This document shows, piece after piece, positions 29,946 to 38,477 of a DNA stretch of 64,000 nucleotides (positions are counted from its first letter, which is position 1; the number at the start of each line of letters is the position of its first letter). The DNA comes from Candidatus Latescibacterota bacterium. GTDB taxonomy: Bacteria > Latescibacterota > UBA2968 > UBA8231. Where the stretch lies: positions 2,240,001 through 2,304,000 of the forward strand of contig CBDETY010000003.1 of assembly GCA_965243025.1 (NCBI GenBank). The letters run 5' to 3'. The position numbers were made by a program, and so were the translations under genes. The notes under the pieces are model-generated. The model was not told the origin of the DNA. It saw only the letters and a list, made by a program, of their open reading frames with translations, and made no database searches.

Positions 29946-31025
29946 TTACTCCAGCCCCGCCAATCTCAAAGCTTCGTCAAGCTCGACACCACTACCGGCC
30001 AGGGAAGCGGCTGCCCTCGCCTTCGACATAACGTCAGAGGCAAACAGCCTGTCGAAAGACAGGGTTACCGGAGTTTCCAGCTTCTCGGATAGTTCCGCCT
30101 CGACGGATCGCGCAACCGGGCTGACGCTACTGTGCAAAAACTGCCTCCAAGCCTCTCGCCTTGCTGCCCCGTCTCCACGTTCTGAGACAAGCGACAGAGG
30201 CACCCCGCAAGCCTGCAACAGACTGTGGGCAACGTCTTCCCGTAGTTCTCTGAGGCTGTCGGGAGGGTCTGCGCCAATTCTGACGGGTACGAAGTCTTTC
30301 CGGGGAGCGGTGTTCATCCCCTCCCCAAATCCCCCGGCTGTAGTCTCGACAAGGGCGGTTTTTCCCTTCAGGGTCTTCAGGGTCTGCCGCAATTCCCCGT
30401 ATGCGTCGAATTCTTCCCCGTCTACCTCTGCCGGTTCCGGATCGCTTGGAACCGGGAGTAAATGGCCAACAATTCCGCCAGTTTCTTCGCTCAGACGCTT
30501 TTCGAGGTTCCCGAGTAGGGTAGAGGTAAGGGAGGCTCGCTTCCAGGGAGAAGCGCCAAATTCGGGCAATTCTGCCTGATAACTCCATCGGCAATGAATC
30601 ACTTGGTCTGCCGGTGCTCGTTGGTAGGTTAAGGTCGATGAAGGTCCGTACACCGTACACCGGTACCGCCAACTGTTGCGGCTGGCTTTCCCGGTTACGG
30701 AAAAGTCACCAACCGGCAGCAATTCCAGCTTCCCCCCCTCGACTTGGATCACTGCCAACCCTTCGCCTCGAAGTACCAACTCTTGCCCGATCCATCCGAG
30801 AAACTCAGGAGTCAAAGCCTGTGTAAGGGGTGTAGCAGGATCTACAGCCGCTGAGGAGAAGGCCCGTCTCCACAATCCCGCAGCCGTTTCTATCGCAGCC
30901 ACACCCCTTACAAGCTGGCTGTCGTCTGAATCTGCCTGAGATTCGACGGCATTTAGCAGAATGTTGGTGAACCCGTCTACCTCGGTAGATCGCTTCTCAG
31001 TCTTTGTAAATGGCCAAAATTTCAC
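29946..31025 (-). CDS. Phage portal protein (HK97-like)
   Basis: MKFWPFTKTEKRS N-terminus, LVLRGEG, VIHCR, GASP, ACGVP..L, and E.ELSEKL. Confidence 0.85.
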   Translation of the reverse strand: MKFWPFTKTEKRSTEVDGFTNILLNAVESQADSDDSQLVRGVAAIETAAGLWRRAFSSAAVDPATPLTQALTPEFLGWIGQELVLRGEGLAVIQVEGGKLELLPVGDFSVTGKASRNSWRYRCTVYGPSSTLTYQRAPADQVIHCRWSYQAELPEFGASPWKRASLTSTLLGNLEKRLSEETGGIVGHLLPVPSDPEPAEVDGEEFDAYGELRQTLKTLKGKTALVETTAGGFGEGMNTAPRKDFVPVRIGADPPDSLRELREDVAHSLLQACGVPLSLVSERGDGAARREAWRQFLHSSVSPVARSVEAELSEKLETPVTLSFDRLFASDVMSKARAAASLAGSGVELDEALRLAGLE

Positions 31026-31034
31026 CGGTAAAAA

Positions 31035-31394
31035 TTACTCCGGAAGAGTGGTAATACTGTCTGACTTGCAGTGCAACCGTTGCCACCTTTTTCGATCCAA
31101 AGCCTCGATTCGGGCAATTACGAGGGTCTCCCCGTCATGTCGTATCCAATCGTCTGTTTTGTACCGCTTGGAATACCGTACGGTAAAGACTGCCTCGTTT
31201 TCTTCGCCTCTGTGGGTCAAGAATCCCGTAGCGGTGACAAGGTTCGATTCTGCTCCCGGATCGCGTCTGCACCACACCTTAGAGAAGGTTTCCGGGGTCC
31301 GTCTGCCCTCGGGGATTGGTCCGTGTTCGAGGATTGAATCGAGGGCAAAGCGCAGCCTCTGGCGTGTAGTTTTCGCAAGATCAGGCATGTTCAA
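31035..31394 (-). CDS. Head closure / head-tail adaptor protein
   Basis: FTVRY...DWIRHDGETLVIARIE...LHC pattern; position in the head module. Confidence 0.65.
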   Translation of the reverse strand: MNMPDLAKTTRQRLRFALDSILEHGPIPEGRRTPETFSKVWCRRDPGAESNLVTATGFLTHRGEENEAVFTVRYSKRYKTDDWIRHDGETLVIARIEALDRKRWQRLHCKSDSITTLPE

Positions 31395-31689
31395 TTACGG
31401 CTGCCGTATGCTTTCGCCAGGTAGACAACAGCCCCTTTGCCCCGCTGTTTGTGAAGGCGGTTGAATAGTTGGGGTGTTGGCTGCCGTCGATGTCGTAGAG
31501 ATACGAGACAAAGCGTACCGTTGCCTCTTTCTTTGTCGCCATTGGTGCTTGTGGTGCGTACCGTTCGATTTCCGCATTGGCAACCCCGCAAAGGTCCGTC
31601 AACCGCTGTTCAATGGCTGCCTCAAGCGTCTCTGTTGTGTCTGCGATGATGCGAAGGGCAACCCCTATTTTCTGCACGTCTACAGCCAT
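31381..31689 (-). CDS. Head-tail connector protein (gp6-like)
   Basis: LRI...A.AEIERY..AP..KEATVRFVSYLYD...LLSTWR pattern. Confidence 0.7.
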   Translation of the reverse strand: MAVDVQKIGVALRIIADTTETLEAAIEQRLTDLCGVANAEIERYAPQAPMATKKEATVRFVSYLYDIDGSQHPNYSTAFTNSGAKGLLSTWRKHTAAVIEHA

Positions 31690-32591
31690 AGCAACCGCTC
31701 CGCTTTGTGTCGCCGTCTCGGGAGGTTGTGGTATTCCGGTTCTCCCCAACCTTCGGAAGCGTCTGTACTCCCGATTACCAGTGCTCGTAAGATGGCAGCC
31801 GAGTACGCCATTGTTACCCCTTGGATAATCCCCTCTGACAATCCCCTGTCCAAGTGCGGCCGTACGTAAACCGGGGCAGCTTCGATCTTGTCGAGAAGGT
31901 CGTCTACCATTCCTTCCGGTACGTCGATCTCAACCGAAAGACCGTTTTCGAGTCGCTTCCCTCGTACTGTTCCCCGTGAAGTACTGGCCAATGGGCTGCC
32001 GTAGCTGGACAATACCGCCAGTACTTCCCGCTCGCTGAGGGATTGAAACATTGTGTCAATTGCTTCAGGGGTGAAGGTGGCATACCTACATTCGGGACCA
32101 CTGCACCGGCAGCCAAGGGAGGTATCTTGGGGCACGAAAGCCCGTATCATTGGACCTTGTTTCGCTCGTGCCTCCACTGTGGAAGCTGGATAAGCCGATC
32201 TATCCACAACACCCAACCCGGAAAGGTTGGCAAGGTCGATTACTCTCGTGCCGTCTTCGTAGTGTTCGGAAATCACTTCAAATTCCGCTGATAATCCGCG
32301 AAGGACGCCAGAACTAACGAGGGTAAGGGTATCTCTTGCCTCTGAGGTTTCAGGCAGTACAGCCTCCATTTTCAAGCTTTCCGGTCCGTCTCTGAGAATC
32401 AGCCCGGCACCGGTACGGGCAAGGGGTCTGTCCCGCTGATGTTGACGGTTCAAAACAACATCGCTACAGAGAAGGGAGCCGGGAGCGAACCTTTCAGGCT
32501 GACCACCAACAACAGCAATGTCGCCGTAGTTGATGACTGTACCGAGAAGTCTTTTCCCGTCTGCCCTTATCTCTGTAAAACGTGTTTCCAT
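31680..32591 (-). CDS. HK97-family prohead protease with a second degenerate protease-like domain
   Basis: ERFAPGS, QHQRDRPLART, GLSAEF and VVDRSAYP motifs. Confidence 0.85.
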   Translation of the reverse strand: METRFTEIRADGKRLLGTVINYGDIAVVGGQPERFAPGSLLCSDVVLNRQHQRDRPLARTGAGLILRDGPESLKMEAVLPETSEARDTLTLVSSGVLRGLSAEFEVISEHYEDGTRVIDLANLSGLGVVDRSAYPASTVEARAKQGPMIRAFVPQDTSLGCRCSGPECRYATFTPEAIDTMFQSLSEREVLAVLSSYGSPLASTSRGTVRGKRLENGLSVEIDVPEGMVDDLLDKIEAAPVYVRPHLDRGLSEGIIQGVTMAYSAAILRALVIGSTDASEGWGEPEYHNLPRRRHKAERLLWL

Positions 32592-33812
32592 CTATGCGGC
32601 AACCTGAAATTTCAACAGCTCCCAACCGTCTGCCCTTGGCACGTCGAAGGCAAACAGAACGTGCAAGGTGAGCCCGACAATTCCCTTGCTGGCATCGGTG
32701 TACGGATCGCGGATCAATCGCGGAGCCTGCCAGATTGGAGCGACGGCGGAGCCCATCTTTCGACAGGCAAGGGCAAGCTGGATCTTGCTGGCTACGTCTG
32801 GAACATGGGCAGAAACCCGGCAACCTCCCGAGATCCGCTTGACGTGTTCCGCTGCGGTTGTGTCGCTGTTGGTTCCCCCGAACTTGCTTGACATATGAGC
32901 GTTTGTCTTGGCGCCAATCAGCAACTTGATATCGCCGTTTTCGAGTGCGTACTTGCCGTCTACACTGTCGGCAATGGCTGCGATATAGTCCGACCTTCCT
33001 GCCTCTGCGGTTGGATCAGATGGAGCCGTAAGGGGTCCAGAGGACGAATCGAAGAATCCCGACACGTGTTGATCTGTCCCTTCTCCCGCGAGGATTTCCT
33101 TATCCATCTCTTGCGCGATTGCCCCGGAAAGGTCGTCTCGAAGGGCAGCCTCCATACCCTGAAATACTGCCGCGTCTTCGATGGCGAAGGTATACCGGGC
33201 AGTCATTCTCTTCGGAGAAAGCGTCTTCACGCTCCACGTCGCAGCCGTCGAATCGTGAGCGGCTGCCTTCTCTTTCAATGCGGGAGTGTTCCCGCCAGTG
33301 AGTACGGGATACTGACGCTCGCCAACACCAACAGACGGAAACCGAACGCCAGCCCACAGTGCCGCGCCTTTGGCGAACACCCTTGAAAGAATCGGGTCTT
33401 GAGCGGCTGGCACATCGGCGGGAGCGGTTGTGTTGGCATCGGCTCGCCGCTCTACCGGTGCGATAGCCTCCCACGGAACCGAGAAATCAGGCAGGTTGTG
33501 CTCTTTCTGCCATTCGTGTTCTGCTCCGTCTGCAATCCGTTCTTCCGTTGCGGCTGCCCCGAGGTACCGACGTAATTCCAGTTTCCCGGCAAGTTCCCGT
33601 TTCTCGGTTTCTTCCCGGCTGCCTTCCTCTGCCGTCTCGGTTCCGTCAAGTACGATTGCTGCCCGTACTTCGGTCTCAAGTTCCTGAAGTCGCTTTGTCA
33701 GCCCGTCGAGGGTCTGCCGTTCTTCTGTACTGAGGGATTCCTTAGCAAGTAACGAGCCTGCCTTTTCGCGGTGCTCGCTTTGTTCGAGTTGGAGTTTCTG
33801 AAGCTTTGTCAT
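32592..33812 (-). CDS. HK97-fold major capsid protein with N-terminal coiled-coil (delta) domain
   Basis: Helical first ~110 aa; LSPKRM, L..AIA.EMDKEIL.G and IRDPYT..G.V motifs. Confidence 0.88.
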   Translation of the reverse strand: MTKLQKLQLEQSEHREKAGSLLAKESLSTEERQTLDGLTKRLQELETEVRAAIVLDGTETAEEGSREETEKRELAGKLELRRYLGAAATEERIADGAEHEWQKEHNLPDFSVPWEAIAPVERRADANTTAPADVPAAQDPILSRVFAKGAALWAGVRFPSVGVGERQYPVLTGGNTPALKEKAAAHDSTAATWSVKTLSPKRMTARYTFAIEDAAVFQGMEAALRDDLSGAIAQEMDKEILAGEGTDQHVSGFFDSSSGPLTAPSDPTAEAGRSDYIAAIADSVDGKYALENGDIKLLIGAKTNAHMSSKFGGTNSDTTAAEHVKRISGGCRVSAHVPDVASKIQLALACRKMGSAVAPIWQAPRLIRDPYTDASKGIVGLTLHVLFAFDVPRADGWELLKFQVAA

Positions 33813-34113
33813 TGGTTTTCTCCTTCAAGAGATTTCGTATGTATGCCTTGAAAAATTTCACCTCAAGCAACCCGTGCCGCTCGTGAATTTGGGTATGGCA
33901 CTGGCAGCAAAGGCTGACAAGGTTGGTCAGTTTGTAACCGATTTCCTCAGCAACAACCGGAGAGAGTCTCTTTCCCCTGTTGGGAAGGGGGATACGGTGA
34001 TGTACGTGCAATTTTCCACGTCGATAGCAACTCTTGCACTCGTACCCGTCTCGCTCAAGTGCCTGTTTTCGGACTCGCTGCCATCTGGCGGTTTTGTAGA
34101 GGTTAGAAATCAC
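33742..34113 (-). CDS. HNH endonuclease (HK97 gp74-like terminase partner)
   Basis: RWQRVRKQALERDGYECKSC..VHH...NLVSLCCQCH. Confidence 0.9.
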   Translation of the reverse strand: MISNLYKTARWQRVRKQALERDGYECKSCYRRGKLHVHHRIPLPNRGKRLSPVVAEEIGYKLTNLVSLCCQCHTQIHERHGLLEVKFFKAYIRNLLKEKTNDKASETPTRTKRAPRKGRLVTC

Positions 34114-34144
34114 GGGTTTCCCTATCTCCTATTTTTGGAGAATC

Positions 34145-35743
34145 CTACACCGCAGCCGCTCGCAAGGGTCTCCGCAGACGGGTTTTCGTCATCAGAGGTT
34201 CAGCGATACCCGCAGCAATCACGGCGGCTGACAGGAGGTCGATACGGCCCCTTGACGTTGATTTATCGAGACCGGGGTTTCCGTTGCCATCTCTTCGAAT
34301 CGCGGAATTGGAAACCGCCGTTGCGAAACTCAACGATTCCCTCAGCTTCAATTTTTTGCCGATGAAAAGGCGTTGTAAGGCTCGAACATCTCTCCCGCCA
34401 TCCTTCCCGGCACCAACACGGCGAAACTCGTATGGCCATCGAAGTTCCGCATTTTCCAGGAAATCCTTTACCTCAGCATCCTTGTAGCCATCCGCAGCCA
34501 GCCGATACACGGTACAACCCTTCAGATCGGCAGCCACGTCTCCAAGAAACTGGGATACTGGCGTAACCCTTCCCGGATAGGTGCAAAGTTCTCCCCCTTG
34601 AATCATCATATCATATCTGGCGCCATCTCGTTTCCCTCGCTCGATGGGAGAAGGATTGTCCCCGAAAGCCATCCACGTTTCGCACCTTCCCGTTGCTGGC
34701 CATATGGCGAACACGGCACTTGCCGCCGTCGCTTCCCCCATATCCAACCCAAGGCACACCACACCTTGACGGGGAGGAAGTTCGTCAACCAGACACCCCC
34801 GATAGTCTGAAAGCGTGAAGATCATTTCGCGGGTTGGCGATTGGGGGAGGTTTAAATCGAAGGCGAGGAAGGTTGATCTATCCGAAGGGGTAGCCTCGAC
34901 TCTGGCTGCTTCGTCTCGCATCCATTCAGCGGATTTGATCCCGCAAGGGATTCCAGGGTTACCGGCTGCCCATACCTCGGGACTGTGTATGTCAACGTCC
35001 TCCCCGTCTGGCGCGTACAAGTGTACGGCGGTTGTAGGGAGGTTCTGACGCTCAAGCAGCTCCTCAAGGAGTGGAGACTCCCCCCGGATAGATAGCGCAA
35101 GGAAACGCCCGTTGCGGGCGCTTGTGGCGGTTCTGAGTCCCGCGATCAATTCACGGTCTCGCTCCGTCATCAAACCCAATTCGTCAGCAATCGAAAAATC
35201 GAATCCGCTGGAATGTCCCGCTGATTTGTCGGCACTCAGAAACTCCGCCGTCGATCCGTTCTCCGTGTTTACCCATCCCGGAGCGGGAGACTTGCGGAAA
35301 TCCAGATCATCGAGGTTCGAAGCCTTCGCGATCTCTTCCATTTGCCGCAGAAGCTCAGCCGCTTTCTCTCGTGTTACCGAGACCGTACCGATCCGCAGCC
35401 CCGCCCGTTTCAAGGGTCCCGCGAGGAGTGCCAGACATAGCACCGCGACAATTGCAGACTTGGCGTTTTTTCGTCCGAGACAGAGAAGGGATTCCCGGTG
35501 TGTCAGTGCATCGCGTATGAAGCTGATACCGTACTCGGGCAACTCCATAGGCTGCCCCGCGAGAGGATGGCCAGGGGGTACCTTCAGGCAATCTCGCGAC
35601 CATTCCGCTACGGCTTGGGCAGGGTCTGCCGGTGTTGGCGGTAAAGGTTGTGCCTTCTGTTTCTTCAGCTTCTTACGAGCACGGCACTTGCGTTGTCGTT
35701 CTCTCGCGGCTAACCGTTCTGCTGTCTTGTCTTTGTATGGCAT
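34145..35743 (-). CDS. terL: Terminase large subunit
   Basis: Walker A GRKNAKS, Walker B SIADE, WAAGNP, nuclease LGLDMG and RIDLLSA motifs. Confidence 0.9.
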   Translation of the reverse strand: MPYKDKTAERLAARERQRKCRARKKLKKQKAQPLPPTPADPAQAVAEWSRDCLKVPPGHPLAGQPMELPEYGISFIRDALTHRESLLCLGRKNAKSAIVAVLCLALLAGPLKRAGLRIGTVSVTREKAAELLRQMEEIAKASNLDDLDFRKSPAPGWVNTENGSTAEFLSADKSAGHSSGFDFSIADELGLMTERDRELIAGLRTATSARNGRFLALSIRGESPLLEELLERQNLPTTAVHLYAPDGEDVDIHSPEVWAAGNPGIPCGIKSAEWMRDEAARVEATPSDRSTFLAFDLNLPQSPTREMIFTLSDYRGCLVDELPPRQGVVCLGLDMGEATAASAVFAIWPATGRCETWMAFGDNPSPIERGKRDGARYDMMIQGGELCTYPGRVTPVSQFLGDVAADLKGCTVYRLAADGYKDAEVKDFLENAELRWPYEFRRVGAGKDGGRDVRALQRLFIGKKLKLRESLSFATAVSNSAIRRDGNGNPGLDKSTSRGRIDLLSAAVIAAGIAEPLMTKTRLRRPLRAAAV

Positions 35744-35859
35744 AAGTCAATTTGGCACGTCACACCCGGTCACGGCGTGACACCATTCGAGCACAGATCA
35801 GGAACCCCCACGGTCCCTGGTCCCTCTTTTCCAATTTGCTACAGGGTCCCGAAGGGGTC

Positions 35860-36715
35860 GTACTGTCATGTTGACATCTATCTGCGAGATTCTCGAAGAT
35901 GGAATTGGGCAGGATCGCTTAGGGATTGGGTATCCAGCCTGCGCTTGAATGCCACTGCAAAGAATCTCAATCATCAGGGGAAGTGCCGAGACGAAGTTTC
36001 TCGCAAATCCCCTCTCGAAAACAACTATCCACGACTATTGGAGAGGAGGGACATTGCCTCTCTGGATTGCTGTTTCTGACGCTTTTGTACCGTCGCCTAT
36101 TACCATATACGCGCACGATTAAAGTACTACCATATATTTTCTGTATCTTGTTCATTGTCAATGAGTTTTTCATTGTCAACGTAACCTAAGTACTTAAATA
36201 ACTACCTATATGTACAACGCATCTTTCCGTACTACCCCCCAAGTACGGACGAGCGGTACCCGACAACCGCGCGCGTACGCGTGTGCGCGGTAATGGTAAT
36301 AGGCGAGGGCAAAATACGGGGCAACGCTCCACTTTTCGGGGGAGCCTTGTTCGACAGTACCTGAAACTTGCCCGATTCGGGGCAAAAACAGCTCTACAAT
36401 CGCTTATCGCCTTCATACCCTACTTCCGACATCCTACCACATTTGAGCACCGTTACAAGCCCTCAAATTTGCCCCGATTCGGGCAAATGATTTTTGGCAG
36501 GTTTTGAGATTTTATCTGCGAGATTCTCGCAGATAGCCAGCCCGGTACCGTCTGTTTACCGATTCTCCAAAAGTAGTAGACAGGAAAAAACATTTTTCAA
36601 GCCCGGTTCCTCTACCCGGCTGTGGCAACCGGGCAAGGGAAGCTGGCGGATTACCCTTCGGGGCTGCCAGCTTCCCAACTACCTCCAAGATTGCCCCGGA
36701 AAGCCCTCAAATCTC
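35860..36715. promoter_or_regulatory. Divergent control region or putative origin with repeated palindromes
   Basis: TATCTGCGAGATTCTCG(A/C)AGAT twice, TTGCCC(C)GATTCGGG(G)CAA twice, TTCATTGTCAA twice, AT-rich tract, GC-rich hairpins. Confidence 0.6.
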
Positions 36716-36719
36716 GCAT

Positions 36720-37418
36720 ATGGCAGCCAAACGAACCGCACCCCATACGCACACCCTCGAATACACTGGCGATTACGTAGAGTGCCGAGATTGCCCCTTT
36801 TTGCTGCACCTTGGGGAGATCGGAATACCGGAGCGGTTCGAGGTTATGTCTTGGCCAAACGAAGAAATGGCGAGACTTCGAGAAGCGGAGTCGAGATACT
36901 GGGGAAGACCCTTCAGTTATCGGATTTCCGGGATGGACGAATACGGAAAGCCCGTCAACTCTGAACAGGGAACCGAAGCGAAAGAGGAAGAGCGGGAAGG
37001 ATTTCCAGACCGTCCACCCGGCAGAATTGGAAAATGGCGGTTGTTGAAGTGCCGAACCTTTCACACTTGCAGCATTTGCGAAGGGGAGATTTTCGAGGGG
37101 ACCTTGTGCTATCGGACGGCGGGAACAACCGGGGGAAGAGGTGGGAAATACCGCAAGCGGTATGCCTGTCTCGATTGCACTGACGAAATCACACCGCAAG
37201 CGGCAGAGCGGGAAACGGATCCTGACGTAATAGAGCGGCTACGGAAGGCACTGGCGGAAGGCAAGGGAGAGGCTCGAAGGCTCAAACTGCCTCGGCCCTG
37301 CCAGCTATGCGGAATGATCCTGCACCGGGGACAGAATGGGTTACGATGGCGTACCGCGGCGTACGAGAATGGGAAGCGTCGAGGGTTGGACCTATTCGTG
37401 CATCCCGAGTGCTCGTAA
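36720..37418 (+). CDS. Cys-rich putative zinc-finger protein
   Basis: CRDC, CSIC..CLDC and CQLC..HPEC clusters; the only long ORF here. Confidence 0.6.
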   Translation: MAAKRTAPHTHTLEYTGDYVECRDCPFLLHLGEIGIPERFEVMSWPNEEMARLREAESRYWGRPFSYRISGMDEYGKPVNSEQGTEAKEEEREGFPDRPPGRIGKWRLLKCRTFHTCSICEGEIFEGTLCYRTAGTTGGRGGKYRKRYACLDCTDEITPQAAERETDPDVIERLRKALAEGKGEARRLKLPRPCQLCGMILHRGQNGLRWRTAAYENGKRRGLDLFVHPECS

Positions 37419-37560
37419 ACTTTACCGAATTTTGTGGTTTTTTTTAACAAAAACTACCTTTTCGTAGTTTCATAACCTTCACAAAAACAATCAGTTGCGA
37501 AGCTGTTTTTTCAATGCTCTAAACCCAATAAAAACACGAGTTTATACATAGCTTGTACTT

Positions 37561-37589
37561 TTGACAGAACCAACCTAATGCCCTACCTT
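37561..37589 (+). promoter_or_regulatory. Sigma70-like promoter
   Basis: TTGACA-17 bp-TACCTT preceded by an AT-rich tract. Confidence 0.55.
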
Positions 37590-37674
37590 TATCTCTATGT
37601 CTGGTGCATTCGGCACTGGGCACGGAAACTCTCGACTACTTTGCGTAGTCGAGCAACGAAAGGATAAAGCAAAA

Positions 37675-38049
37675 ATGAGGAATTGTGTGATCTACGCAGA
37701 CGAGGCGGAGAAAGATAGGTACTTCTTCGACCGGGAACTCCACAAACAAGAGGACTTCGACATGGGATGCGTTGTCGCTGGCGTCTTCCAGCCACCGACT
37801 AACGCATCGTTTGGCGCCAAAGATGGGGTTACTCACTTGGTCATATCAGAACGTTATTACAGTGCTCATGATGTGATGAAGGGTGAGGAAATCAAACCCT
37901 TCAAGGGAAAGGGAGTTGATACCGTCGAGCTTCTTTGGATCGCAGAGGATTTCAAGCATATTTCGACACGAGAGCCCCGCCTCACTTCCGCTGAACTCCT
38001 CAAACGCACTGCCGATAATCAACCCCCAAGTTCGATACCAAAGTGGTGA
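37675..38049 (+). CDS. Hypothetical protein
   Basis: AAGGA RBS before ATG 37675; downstream of the promoter. Confidence 0.55.
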   Translation: MRNCVIYADEAEKDRYFFDRELHKQEDFDMGCVVAGVFQPPTNASFGAKDGVTHLVISERYYSAHDVMKGEEIKPFKGKGVDTVELLWIAEDFKHISTREPRLTSAELLKRTADNQPPSSIPKW

Positions 38050-38073
38050 GGAACCTTTTTTTGGAGACAGTCA

Positions 38074-38259
38074 ATGAATGAATTCAAGGTAGGGGATGTT
38101 GTTCGTCTTCGTAGCGGGGGACCCAAAATGACCGTAGACACTTCTCAGCCTGGGGACATCAACCCCAATGAAATACCCACAACATGGATTGAGAGAGGAA
38201 CCGCCAAAAGAGGAAATTTTGCCCCCGAACTTCTGAAACTCGTAGACGAAGAAGACTGA
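38074..38259 (+). CDS. YodC/DUF2158 family small protein
   Basis: FKVGDVVRLRSGGPKMTV signature; GGAG RBS. Confidence 0.85.
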   Translation: MNEFKVGDVVRLRSGGPKMTVDTSQPGDINPNEIPTTWIERGTAKRGNFAPELLKLVDEED

Positions 38260-38275
38260 GAAACCCCGCCAAGCG

Positions 38276-38309
38276 AAAGCCCCGGAATCACTCGATTCTG
38301 GGGCTTTTT
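38276..38309 (+). terminator. Intrinsic terminator
   Basis: AAAGCCCCGGAATC-loop-GATTCTGGGGCTTTTT. Confidence 0.8.
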
Positions 38310-38466
38310 CATGTATTTTCCCCAATCCTTAGCGCCACCTTTACGAGGTTGAGCACTCATGTAGGTAACTGCTCGTTTGGATTGAAGTGCTCAAATGAGC
38401 ACAAACTGGCTATTTCCATGAAAATATCGTAACCTATTGTTTTTATTGAAATTAACGAATACTTGC

Positions 38467-38477
38467 TATTTCCAGTA
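38467..38477. repeat. attR core TATTTCCAGTA
   Basis: Identical to attL; adjacent to the displaced host start (minus strand GAGGATACC ATG CGA ATC TAC TGG AAA). Confidence 0.85.

Larger units (their letters stand above)
28335..38477. mobile_element. Integrated ~10.1 kb capsid-forming phage satellite-like element (cf-PICI-like)
   Basis: 11-bp direct repeats at both ends, integrase at the left end, head and packaging genes but no tail genes, abrupt GC drop. Confidence 0.85.

Noticed and set aside
35777-36507. Short ORFs in the satellite control region as TerS or repressor candidates
   Set aside because: No recognisable motifs or RBS, and they overlap repeats; cannot be fully excluded without HMM search
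28335-38477. Complete prophage or gene transfer agent
   Set aside because: No tail, tape-measure or lysis genes; integrase, att sites and foreign composition argue against a domesticated GTA
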